From Robiginitomaculum sp. (GTDB lineage: Bacteria > Pseudomonadota > Alphaproteobacteria > Caulobacterales > Maricaulaceae): a stretch of 49,507 bases of DNA. Shown piece by piece: positions 18,624 through 27,789 of the stretch. The stretch spans positions 1 to 49,507 of the forward strand of contig JALSHM010000397.1 in NCBI GenBank assembly GCA_026982235.1. Direction: 5' to 3'. Position 1 is the first letter of the stretch; each line of letters opens with the position of its first letter. The notes beneath the pieces were generated by a model. That model saw only the letters and a list, made by a program, of their open reading frames with translations. It was not told the DNA's origin and did not search any database. A program made the translations under genes and the position numbers.

Positions 18624-20645
18624 TTATATTTCCAATTCTGGGTCTTCAGTGCTGCTCATCAAATGGGCTTGCTGCACGAGTGCTTGGGGGCTAACGAAGG
18701 CGCTAAGCTCCAGCAATGGAAGCTCTTGGTCGTCCATGTCTTGCGCTTGAGATTTTTCACTATCGTTGTTTTTCTTAGGCGCATGCTCATGGCCTTTAAT
18801 TTTTGGAGAGCGTTCTTTGCCGCTAGCAGTAGTTTGTTTTTCTGATTTGTACTGGGCAAAAAGGCGATCATCCACGAGCCGTGTCTGCTTGCCCCAACGG
18901 CAATCCTGCGGAGGGGGAAATCCGGTTGGATCATCTGGGGCGTTTACGGGGGGAGCCATGACACGGCCCGTGAAATTCTTATCGGTGTAATAGGTAATTT
19001 TGTTGGCTTTAATCGGCGCTGTGCCAGAGAGCAGTATTATTTCCTCATCAGCAGGAAGCTGCATCACTTCGCCCGGCGTTAAGAGCTGCCTTGCCGTTTC
19101 TTGGCGAGAGACCATGACGTGAGATAACCACGGCGCCAATCTATGGCCCGCATAATTACGCATGGCCCGCATTTCTGTGGTGCTGCCAACCGCGTCCGAA
19201 ATACGTTTGGCTGTGCGCTCGTCATTAGTGGCGAAAGCAATTCGCACATGGCAGTTATCAAGAATGGCGTTATTGGGGCCATAAGCTTTCTCGATCTGAT
19301 TTAGGGATTGCGCGATTAAGAAAGCGCGCACGCCGTAGCCAGCCATGAACGCCAGTGCACTTTCAAAGAAGTCGAGCCGCCCAAGTGCTGGAAACTCATC
19401 AAGCATAAATAAGACTTTGCGGCGTGACGGATTGTTATTGGTCTCAAGGCTTTCTGTAAGGCGGCGGCCAATTTGATTTAATATCAACCGTATTAACGGC
19501 TTGGTGCGGGATATATCAGATGGCGGCACGACTAGGTAGAGCGAGACTGGCTTGTCCGCGTCCACTAAGTCGCTAATCCGCCATTCGCATTTGGAAGTCA
19601 CCTCGGCAACAGTCGGGTCTCTGTAGAGAGACAAGAAACTCATCGCCGTTGACAATACACCTGAGCGTTCGTTTTCAGATTTATTGAGGAGTTCACGCGC
19701 TGCTTGTGCAACAACGGGATGGGCTTCGGCTTTATGACTATTACCGAGGTGATTGGTTTCCATCATCGCCCAAAGCGTTTTCTCAAAAGAGCGTTTGGGA
19801 TCAGATAGGAATGAGGCTACGCGGGCTAAGGTCTTTTCTTCCTCCGCGTAGAGAATATGCAGGATTGTGCCGACGAGTAATGAGTGCGCGGTTTTCTCCC
19901 AATGGTTACGGCGTTCTAGCACGCCGTCTGGGTCAACCAAGATGTCAGCAATATTTTGTACGTCGCGGACTTCGCATTCACCTTTGCGTACTTCAAGCAA
20001 GGGATTGTATTTTGCACTCGCCGCATTGGTAGGGTCAAACAATAGGCAGTGAGAGAATGTCGAGCGCCATCCTGCGGTAAGCTGCCAGTTCTCGCCTTTA
20101 ATATCGTGAATGACCGTACTGCCTGTCCAAGATAATAGCGTCGGAATAACAAGCCCGACACCTTTTCCCGAACGTGTGGGCGCAATCGCCATGACATGCT
20201 CTGGCCCGTTATGGCGTAGATAATTGTCGTGGGCTTGGCCGAGGAATACACCGTCCTCAGCAAACAAGCCTGCTTGCTTCATCATGGACTTGTTTGCCCA
20301 CTGCGATGAACCAAAGGTGGTTAGCTTCTTAGCCTGCCGTCCGCGCCAGACAGATCCGGCAACGGCAAACAATGTTCCGATGAAACCACCGCCCGCAGCG
20401 ATTTGCCCGCCTTTGGAGAATACGCTCGGCGCATAGGCATCAAATGAATACCACCACTCAAATAATCTCCAAGGAAAGTATATTTTTTGATTTGAAACGG
20501 TAAACCAAGGCGCGCCCAGATAAGCATCATAGTCAAACTGCAAAGCCACCCATTGGGTCGCATACCATGTGGTCAAAATGATGGTCGTAAAGACCAAAAC
20601 AATTTGTCCGATAAGTATTGATTGCGGTGACATAGGCAAGTCCAT
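18624..20645 (-). CDS. traG: TraG/VirD4 type IV coupling protein
   Basis: About 673 aa with N-terminal TM helices and a TraG/VirD4 NTPase core (APTRSGKGVG Walker A). Candidate starts are TTG 20672, ATG 20645 and ATG 20633, and the choice is uncertain. Confidence 0.92.
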   Translation of the reverse strand: MDLPMSPQSILIGQIVLVFTTIILTTWYATQWVALQFDYDAYLGAPWFTVSNQKIYFPWRLFEWWYSFDAYAPSVFSKGGQIAAGGGFIGTLFAVAGSVWRGRQAKKLTTFGSSQWANKSMMKQAGLFAEDGVFLGQAHDNYLRHNGPEHVMAIAPTRSGKGVGLVIPTLLSWTGSTVIHDIKGENWQLTAGWRSTFSHCLLFDPTNAASAKYNPLLEVRKGECEVRDVQNIADILVDPDGVLERRNHWEKTAHSLLVGTILHILYAEEEKTLARVASFLSDPKRSFEKTLWAMMETNHLGNSHKAEAHPVVAQAARELLNKSENERSGVLSTAMSFLSLYRDPTVAEVTSKCEWRISDLVDADKPVSLYLVVPPSDISRTKPLIRLILNQIGRRLTESLETNNNPSRRKVLFMLDEFPALGRLDFFESALAFMAGYGVRAFLIAQSLNQIEKAYGPNNAILDNCHVRIAFATNDERTAKRISDAVGSTTEMRAMRNYAGHRLAPWLSHVMVSRQETARQLLTPGEVMQLPADEEIILLSGTAPIKANKITYYTDKNFTGRVMAPPVNAPDDPTGFPPPQDCRWGKQTRLVDDRLFAQYKSEKQTTASGKERSPKIKGHEHAPKKNNDSEKSQAQDMDDQELPLLELSAFVSPQALVQQAHLMSSTEDPELEI

Positions 20646-20949
20646 TTCTAAGTTGGACTTTAGGCTGGGCAAAATTTCACGTTTCGTCTAGGAGGATAAG
20701 AGGGCTAGAATAGGGACGTTCTGGGACCTCAAGGGATATAGCGGGAAAATCGGGAGATTTTATTTTCCAGAAATACTTCGCCAAGGATTTAAGACATCAA
20801 TGCCCGCAGTATCACAATCCTAACCCTGTAGTGAATAACCGTGGCTGCGATCAAATTATCTGAACTATATATTTCCATTATGAGTGATTAATAAAAGTTG
20901 CAACGAAGCACCAAATGAGGCTAACTTCGGTATTTTCCTCATAATTAAA

Positions 20950-21070
20950 TATCATTTATGATATTATTTTCATCATTGCGCCCATATACTATCACTTATT
21001 ATATCTAATAATGCATTTCTATCGTTACAGGAAACTATTTGTTAATGTACATTCAATATCACTTATGATA
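20950..21070. promoter_or_regulatory. Three TATCA-N4-TGATA palindromes upstream of hipB (putative HipB operators/promoter)
   Basis: TATCATTTATGATA at 20950-20963, TATCACTTATTATA at 20990-21003 (one mismatch) and TATCACTTATGATA at 21057-21070. They lie in an AT-rich intergenic region 44-164 bp upstream of the hipB ATG. Confidence 0.55.
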
Positions 21071-21113
21071 GTTAATACGACATAATGGTCACTTTAATAT
21101 CAGGAACGATAGC

Positions 21114-21449
21114 ATGAAAATTGAACATTTGACTCCAAATAACGCAATATTGCAAGAATTGGGCACACGGCTTGCCCGGATTCGCAAACAGCAGGGTTAC
21201 TCACAACTGCGTTTGGCCAACGAAGCCGGAATCGGGGTGGCTACCCTTCGGCGCATAGAAGCGGGCCATGACAGCCAGATGGAGACGTGGCTGAAGCTTA
21301 TGAAATCTCTCCAGATGATCACCGCCATTGATGATCTTTTACCTAAGAATTATAGCTCGCCAATGGCAGAAGCTTTATCCGACAGAAAAACTAGAAAGAA
21401 AAGAAATAACGCGCCTTCTGGTTCTATATGGGGCGACGAAAAACCATGA
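21114..21449 (+). CDS. hipB: HipB-like XRE-family HTH antitoxin
   Basis: 111 aa with LARIRKQQGYSQLRLANEAGIGVATLRRIEAG. Its stop overlaps the hipA start (ATGA). Confidence 0.8.
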   Translation: MKIEHLTPNNAILQELGTRLARIRKQQGYSQLRLANEAGIGVATLRRIEAGHDSQMETWLKLMKSLQMITAIDDLLPKNYSSPMAEALSDRKTRKKRNNAPSGSIWGDEKP

Positions 21450-22741
21450 CCACAGCTACAATAAAATTATGGGGAACCACCATCGGCTATGTTTCGATGG
21501 ACAAGGCTGAGAAGTTTGCACGTTTTGAGTATGACCCCGACTTTGTAACCCACGGCATAGAGCCCGCGCCATTAATAATGCCTTTAAAGGCACGGCGCAT
21601 CTATCAATTTCGAGGTCTTGAGCCGCACTCATTCCACGGAATGCCAGGCCTCCTCGCCGATAGCCTACCTGACAGGTACGGACAGAAACTAATCAATGTT
21701 TGGCTGGCCCAAACAGGGCGCAAGCCAGAAGAGTTTAATGCCGTCGACCGTTTGTGTTACACAGGAAAAAGGGGAATGGGCGCATTAGAATTTGAGCCCT
21801 CCACAATTACCACGCCAACAAAAGATAAAAGCCTCGAAATCAAAGAGCTGACCGAACTGGCATCTATGGCATTTGCCAGTAAGGAAACGCTCAATGCTAA
21901 ATTGACTGCCCATGGTAGTGACAGCGCCCTTCTCGATATCTTAAGTGTCGGCACATCGGCTGGCGGCGCCCGCGCCAAGGCAGTGATCGCATTTAACCCA
22001 TCCACAAAACAAGTGCGTTCGGGTCAACTTGAATTGCCTGCTGGCTTTGAGCATTGGCTCATCAAGTTTGACGGTGTTGAATTTAGCGGTGACTGGGGCG
22101 TTGCAGACCCATCGGGATACGGCCTGCTTGAATACAGCTATTATCTGATGGCGCAAAAATGCGATATCAACATGACGGAGTGCCGAATATTTTCTGAAAA
22201 TGGTCGCAACCATTTCATGACGCGCCGATTTGATAGGGGCGATGACGGATCCAAAAAATTTGTGCAAACACTCGCGGCTCTCGCGCATTATGATTATTAC
22301 GAAAGCGGGCTCTACTCTTATGAGCAAATCTTTATGCTCATGAAACAATTGAAAATGCCGCAAGCCGCTATTGAGGAACAATTCCGCCGTGTCATTTTCA
22401 ATCTTGTTGGCTGCAATCAAGATGATCATGTTAAAAATTTCTCATTCATGATGGATAGGAAAGGACGCTGGGATTTGTCGCCAGCCTATGATCTCTGCCA
22501 CGCAGAAGGAAGTGACTTCACCCGGTTTCACCAACTCAGCACAAATGGCAAAACATCCGGCTTCACACGCGGCGACATCAAAGCCCTTGCAGATTATGCA
22601 GGTCTTCCGCGAGGCCGAGAGAACACTATATTACAACAAACAATCGACGCCTTTTCAGGCTGGCAGAATGTTGCGGAGGACCTCAACATTCCCTTAAATT
22701 TGCAGAGCCATGTTCTGCGCACACTGAGGTTAAAATGGTAA
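21446..22741 (+). CDS. hipA: HipA-family serine/threonine kinase toxin
   Basis: I place the start at the ATG at 21446 (MTTATIKLWG). It has a HipA N-terminal coupling domain and the C-terminal catalytic motif NQDDHVKNFSF...SPAYDL. Confidence 0.9.
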   Translation: MTTATIKLWGTTIGYVSMDKAEKFARFEYDPDFVTHGIEPAPLIMPLKARRIYQFRGLEPHSFHGMPGLLADSLPDRYGQKLINVWLAQTGRKPEEFNAVDRLCYTGKRGMGALEFEPSTITTPTKDKSLEIKELTELASMAFASKETLNAKLTAHGSDSALLDILSVGTSAGGARAKAVIAFNPSTKQVRSGQLELPAGFEHWLIKFDGVEFSGDWGVADPSGYGLLEYSYYLMAQKCDINMTECRIFSENGRNHFMTRRFDRGDDGSKKFVQTLAALAHYDYYESGLYSYEQIFMLMKQLKMPQAAIEEQFRRVIFNLVGCNQDDHVKNFSFMMDRKGRWDLSPAYDLCHAEGSDFTRFHQLSTNGKTSGFTRGDIKALADYAGLPRGRENTILQQTIDAFSGWQNVAEDLNIPLNLQSHVLRTLRLKW

Positions 22742-22829
22742 TCATTACCGTTTGTGATGACCATGTAGGTGTTTATTCCAGCTAGTGCCCTATAACTTAG
22801 GAATAAGTATATGCAAGTATTAGCCTAAT

Positions 22830-23345
22830 TCACCCTAATATTTTTTCAAATTTCGTATTGGTGCCTTCCTGAGATAGATATCCTTCAAGTTGCTTAGATA
22901 GAGACAGAGCAATTTTTTTATTGCTTGTAAGCACGAAAATTGGTGCTCCAGTCCGCTTCTCTAAATACGCTCGCAAAATATTCTTGAGCTCTGACCACTT
23001 AGACCATTCTCTACCTTGTTCTTTTGAAGTGCTAAGCGAAACCCTGCAGTATTCAATTCCTTCGGATTCGAATGCTTTAAGTGCCATCTCAGTTGACGTG
23101 AACACGGAAAAAAAATCAGGAAACATCCTTGCGTCAATTGCCAATTTTGGTTCCAGCCGCATCCTCTCCCTTTTGAAAGCATGTGCCGAAATATCAGAGA
23201 TTGGAACCATGAATATCCGAATGATATCCAAGTCCTCGAATAATGACAGTTGTCGAGCGTTTTCAAAACCCCATTCTGTTCTGTTCTGGTCTGCTTTGTC
23301 GGAGGCAACAGAGCTATAAACAAGTCGTAATTTGGGGTTAGCCAT
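22830..23345 (-). CDS. Unassigned 171-aa protein translationally coupled to the deaminase gene
   Basis: Its ATG at 23345 overlaps the deaminase stop by 8 nt. I recognise no clear motif. There is a weak resemblance, by eye only, to DUF488 (IDARMFPDF...EGIEYCRVSL). Confidence 0.6.
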   Translation of the reverse strand: MANPKLRLVYSSVASDKADQNRTEWGFENARQLSLFEDLDIIRIFMVPISDISAHAFKRERMRLEPKLAIDARMFPDFFSVFTSTEMALKAFESEGIEYCRVSLSTSKEQGREWSKWSELKNILRAYLEKRTGAPIFVLTSNKKIALSLSKQLEGYLSQEGTNTKFEKILG

Positions 23346-24957
23346 CTTGAAACTCCAGTGCTAATTTGGCTTCCAATTCAGGGTATGCGTCTTTGTAGAC
23401 GTCTGTCGGACACCCCCATTGAGGTTCCCCAATTGACAACTCTCCAGAGACTTTGTCCTTATAACTCCTATCTTTCAGGAAAACCCTTCGATAGAGCCGC
23501 GGTGCGACACCCACAAACGGGCGAAACATTACATGCGTACTACCTTTTGAGGGCGGCTCCCAGTCGCTCGACTCAGTTGTAATGGAGTCCGCATGCAGAT
23601 CGGTTGCTTTGCTCTTTGGATATGGTTCGATGAACTGCACCTCGTCAATTCCCGACGCGACGATGTGGCGAGCGCAATAATGGCACGGATAGGTTGTGAC
23701 GAACATTCGACATGCGCGTGGGGACGTTCCTGATATTGCTGCAGATAGAATTGCGTCCATTTCAGCATGAACCGCCCGACTAAATTCAATTAGCCCCCCA
23801 ATTCGGGTGCTGCGAATCTTTTTTATTAATTCTGCTCTGTCCTTATCCGTGGTCAGATCGGGAAATTCGTCTATCAACTCTTCAATGATGTTGTTTTGCT
23901 CTCGATTGCTGCTGCAGAAAACAGTTTCGCGAAATGCGCACCGTTCATCCCCCTCAATATCAATGGAAAAACTTTCCCCGTACAATCCCCCACCTGCTCG
24001 GGGAACATCATTAGCTCCAGTTGCAATGATATTTCCTCTTGCATCCACCAACGCGGCGCCAACCTGGCGTGAAAGGCAAGCGCTTCTCATTTGTGCGGAA
24101 CGTGCTTGATGCATCCCTGTTTCCGCAATAGTCGGGCGGATTATCTTGGATTGAGTGATTAGGTTCACAAAGCGGCGGAGGTGATCGTTCATCCCCGTTA
24201 TAGCAAGATCTTCTCCCGCGTCCTGAGAGTTATCAACAAAAAAATCTGCCTCATGAAAGGTGTCAGAAACATGTTGGCCGTGCTTTTCCGGCGCATCCTC
24301 ATCGCGAGTAAGAAAATTTTTGACCTGCTGTTTTACCGATTTGTCACTCCATTTCGCTCTATCAAATAAGTTTTCGCGAATACGGCGCTCGCGTTCGACC
24401 GGGTCGCAAACAATCCCAAGAAGTGAAAATGCGTCTTGGTAGACCTCTCGAAGCAATGCAACTTCGGCCGGATGGCGAAGAGAGTCCATGATATAAGCTC
24501 GGTGTTTTCCGTCCGGTTCAACGGGCTCGCCAGAAAACGACTTATCTTGAAGCATTGCACGTCGTTCAGCAATCTCCCTTAGAATGAGTCGGGCAACAGC
24601 GGAATGGTCCTCGGGCAAGCTATACAGCTCCCCTTTCCGCAATTCATCGCCGCGGTCTTGCATTTTTTGGATATTTTCGAGCGATTTCCGTGCGTCCACA
24701 GCTGGAACCATTTGGTCGATATTTTCAGCAGCACGTCGAATAAGACCACTCGCTTTAATGATTTCAACTTCGAAATCACTTTCTTCGAGAAAATTTTTCA
24801 ATATCTTAGCTGCGGTTCCAGAACCTGCTCCAGCGGGCCCGACAATTGCAACGAAGACTTCGTTTGTACGAAGATCTCGCAGAACGTCTTGGCCCGCTTG
24901 GGCACTGGATGATCGTTTTGCGTGCTTCTTCGGAATTTTGATTGGATCGGAGGTCAT
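23338..24957 (-). CDS. P-loop NTPase + cytidine/dCMP deaminase fusion (anti-phage dCTP deaminase / AvcD-like)
   Basis: 539 aa with an N-terminal Walker A (VGPAGAGSGT) and C-terminal zinc-deaminase motifs (VHAEMDA and PCHYCA). Confidence 0.85.
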   Translation of the reverse strand: MTSDPIKIPKKHAKRSSSAQAGQDVLRDLRTNEVFVAIVGPAGAGSGTAAKILKNFLEESDFEVEIIKASGLIRRAAENIDQMVPAVDARKSLENIQKMQDRGDELRKGELYSLPEDHSAVARLILREIAERRAMLQDKSFSGEPVEPDGKHRAYIMDSLRHPAEVALLREVYQDAFSLLGIVCDPVERERRIRENLFDRAKWSDKSVKQQVKNFLTRDEDAPEKHGQHVSDTFHEADFFVDNSQDAGEDLAITGMNDHLRRFVNLITQSKIIRPTIAETGMHQARSAQMRSACLSRQVGAALVDARGNIIATGANDVPRAGGGLYGESFSIDIEGDERCAFRETVFCSSNREQNNIIEELIDEFPDLTTDKDRAELIKKIRSTRIGGLIEFSRAVHAEMDAILSAAISGTSPRACRMFVTTYPCHYCARHIVASGIDEVQFIEPYPKSKATDLHADSITTESSDWEPPSKGSTHVMFRPFVGVAPRLYRRVFLKDRSYKDKVSGELSIGEPQWGCPTDVYKDAYPELEAKLALEFQDG

Positions 24958-25127
24958 TGGTTCATATCAACTTGGTTTTCAGTTACTTTGTCATCTTTAG
25001 TCAACGCGATGGCTGTTAGTCAATCAAATTGATTTTAAGGTTTACCCTCATAGCAAAAATATCAGCAAATTACACTAGCTATGTTCATCACTGGAAATCC
25101 TAACAATTCCTTTTACCCCGAAGCCAA

Positions 25128-27053
25128 CTAAGAAATCTCTCGCCCCTTATTCAGTGTCCATGAAATCGAATTCCCCCGCATGATACCTGACACAGCTTTG
25201 CCTCGATTACGCTCAAGTACATCCCGCCAAGGCACTAGAGAAAAATCTTTGGCGCGTTCTATGATCGCGTATTTTCCGCTTGGGCGGGTGATGGCTTCTC
25301 TGTAAGTGCCGTTTATTCTGGCTGCGCCCTCCATACCCAAATATGCTTTGCCCAATGTGGCCGAGAGTTTCTTCGCCGCACATGCTAGGTCGCGCCGTTC
25401 GAGTTCGTCTAAATGTTTTGCACCTAATGGCGTGTTTTCATTTTCTAAAATACCTTGCTGAACCAAGTATTGGGTGCGTGCAGATTTTGCGGCCTGAACA
25501 TCACTGCCAAACCCATCGTTTACTGGCGCATTATCAGCCATTATTTCTACATCAAGCCATGTGCGCCCCATCGTTGTTTGTAGCTCTTTGAGTCGCAATC
25601 GCGACTGTACATTTACATCGACAGGCTTTGCTCTGCTTCTGAACTTTTCATAAGACTTAGCCCTATCCAAATAATCATGGGGTATTTTCCATGAGCCGTC
25701 TTTGTTTCGGGTTACATGTCCTGCGCGGCGCAATGCTTCCAGCCTACGGATATGCGCTTGAATATACTCTGGCCGTGCGCCTTGGTCAGACGCTTGGTGT
25801 ACCGCCGGGCTGTAGTCGCCATTTCGTTTTGCGGCTAGCTTATCAATCGTCAAGTCAGATTGCTTTGGTTCAATATCAGCGGGGCTAACAGTAACAACCA
25901 TGCCTATTTTTACATCTTCAATGTTCTCTCGGCGGCCTGCTTTGACATAAATGGCTTCACCCTCGGTGGTATCAATAATGAGATAAGCATTGTCATTTAT
26001 ATCGTCTAAGGAACCCACTGCAAGAATTTTTCCCGTTAAAGGTTTTGCTCGCACGTCATGAGGATCATAAACCACATCGAATTTATCGCGGCGATTTAGT
26101 TTTAAATCTTCCAATGCGTGATGATAGGCTTTTAAAATGTCACCTCGCTCTCCCATACTGCGCAGTGTATTTTCCATTTTTATATCAAGATGCCATACGC
26201 CTCGTTTTTCCTGATAAGCTAGCCCCATACGGCTTAGGGTTTTAAGACGCGCAATATCTAGGCGGCGTGTCCATTCCGTAGCTCGTTTTGGCGGCGTTGA
26301 TATATCTACAACATTGGCGTCTGCCATGCGAAGTAAGGCCCTATCAAGCTGCGTAAATCTCTCTTTGGTCACTTCGTTAGCAAGTTTCACGCCCGCTTCA
26401 TATTGATTGATGGGGCCAAGTTCTAACGTCACCATTTCTTCCGCCCGCTCCCGCATCCCGTATGAAATATATTGGCGAGGAATAACGAGATTTTTACCAT
26501 CATCATTTTTACCACCAATGACTATGTGCGTGTGCGGCGTTGCGGTGTCATAATGATTAGCCGCCACCCAATCGAGGCGTGTGCCTAAATCTTCTTCCAT
26601 CTGCGCCATAATGTCCCGCGTGAATGAACGTAAATCAGTTATCTCTTTGCCGTCTTCGGCAGAAACAATAATTCTAAATTGGTGACGATCATTTTTTCCT
26701 CGTTTTTGAAACTCATCTGCATCAGCAATGTCATTATGTTTGTCGTAGATACTGCCGCGTTCATTATCCGGGGCGGCGTTGTCACGAGCGATATAATCCA
26801 AGTGAAGGGATTGCGTCTGTGCGCCTTGTCCGCCCATTTTAACAAGGTTCACTTTTACGATAACCCGCCGCGAGAAAAACTGCTCCCGAACGGCGCTGCT
26901 ATTCCCGTTCAAACGCAGTCCATTCTTTGGCAAAGAAGCAGCGCCTGCCGCTCTCTTTACCCGTCCGGCAAAACTTATCATTCTACGAGAGCCACTCGGC
27001 GAATAAATACGCCCAATTTTAATCTCAAATATGTTTTCACCCTTGCCGCTCAT
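25128..27053 (-). CDS. Conjugative relaxase (VirD2/MobP-like with a DUF3363-type C-terminal region)
   Basis: 641 aa with the histidine triad motif HYDTATPHTHIVIGG. Assignment also rests on its position between traG and traF in the ICE backbone. Confidence 0.85.
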   Translation of the reverse strand: MSGKGENIFEIKIGRIYSPSGSRRMISFAGRVKRAAGAASLPKNGLRLNGNSSAVREQFFSRRVIVKVNLVKMGGQGAQTQSLHLDYIARDNAAPDNERGSIYDKHNDIADADEFQKRGKNDRHQFRIIVSAEDGKEITDLRSFTRDIMAQMEEDLGTRLDWVAANHYDTATPHTHIVIGGKNDDGKNLVIPRQYISYGMRERAEEMVTLELGPINQYEAGVKLANEVTKERFTQLDRALLRMADANVVDISTPPKRATEWTRRLDIARLKTLSRMGLAYQEKRGVWHLDIKMENTLRSMGERGDILKAYHHALEDLKLNRRDKFDVVYDPHDVRAKPLTGKILAVGSLDDINDNAYLIIDTTEGEAIYVKAGRRENIEDVKIGMVVTVSPADIEPKQSDLTIDKLAAKRNGDYSPAVHQASDQGARPEYIQAHIRRLEALRRAGHVTRNKDGSWKIPHDYLDRAKSYEKFRSRAKPVDVNVQSRLRLKELQTTMGRTWLDVEIMADNAPVNDGFGSDVQAAKSARTQYLVQQGILENENTPLGAKHLDELERRDLACAAKKLSATLGKAYLGMEGAARINGTYREAITRPSGKYAIIERAKDFSLVPWRDVLERNRGKAVSGIMRGNSISWTLNKGREIS

Positions 27054-27071
27054 AGTAGTTTTTCCGGGACA

Positions 27072-27225
27072 TAGCGGGAACTAGCGGGACGTGGACTCTC
27101 TTTTTTCCCTTGTAGCATGGGGCATAGCGCCAAAAGTGTGGACTCTCCAAAATGGAGTGTGGACTCTAAAAAACGATGTGCAGACAATGACTTAAGCCCG
27201 TTTGGGCCCAGTCCTTTATCTTGCC
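27072..27225. promoter_or_regulatory. Candidate oriT / relaxase promoter region with direct repeats
   Basis: TAGCGGGA occurs twice (27072-27079, 27082-27089). GTGGACTCT occurs three times (27091-27099, 27138-27146, 27159-27167). TATCTTGCC at 27217-27225 resembles the RP4/Ti nic core ATCCTG/C with one mismatch. The region lies directly upstream of the relaxase start. Confidence 0.4.
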
Positions 27226-27261
27226 GTACACATATCCCCTTAAAACCACCCATAATTTCTC

Positions 27262-27789
27262 CTATTCCCGCGAATGTGTAATTTTGCGATTTCCAAGATA
27301 TTTAACTTTTCCCAAAATATTTTGGCCACGTACGGCACCAAAATAACGGCTGTCATATCCGTCCTGCACATCGGGTGAAACGAGAAAGTACTCATCCATT
27401 TTCAGTGTAAAGCAGCCCGATAATTTTGGCATGTCGCGCCCCAAACTATCCTGCGACAGGCTAATGATAACAGGATAGTTTGGGACGCTAACCCGGTTAT
27501 TATTGACACATATTTGAGTGCCAGAACTTGCCCAAATGGTTTTAATCATGGGGTATTCATAGGGTAGATAGCGGCGTTCATCCGCGAGTTTCCGTGCCCA
27601 GTTTGGCGCGTAAGCGGCCACTTGGTCACCGACTTTAGGCGGCGTTCTATCCGCTAATTTATACCATCCGATAGGCGCACTTGCGCTTGGATTATAAAGA
27701 AGTTTTGGTCTTGGTGGGAAAGATATTTCCGTTGTTGTAGCAACGATTAACATCGTAATACCAACGGCGATTAAAGTGTTTTTAAGCAT
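27262..27789 (-). CDS. traF: TraF-like S26-family conjugative signal peptidase
   Basis: 175 aa with an N-terminal TM, NPSASAPIGWY and DSRYFG motifs. Confidence 0.8.
   Translation of the reverse strand: MLKNTLIAVGITMLIVATTTEISFPPRPKLLYNPSASAPIGWYKLADRTPPKVGDQVAAYAPNWARKLADERRYLPYEYPMIKTIWASSGTQICVNNNRVSVPNYPVIISLSQDSLGRDMPKLSGCFTLKMDEYFLVSPDVQDGYDSRYFGAVRGQNILGKVKYLGNRKITHSRE

Noticed and set aside
27050-27253. 67-aa minus-strand ORF between traF and the relaxase gene
   Set aside because: The region is filled with direct repeats and looks like an oriT/promoter region. The ORF overlaps the relaxase start and has no recognisable features.
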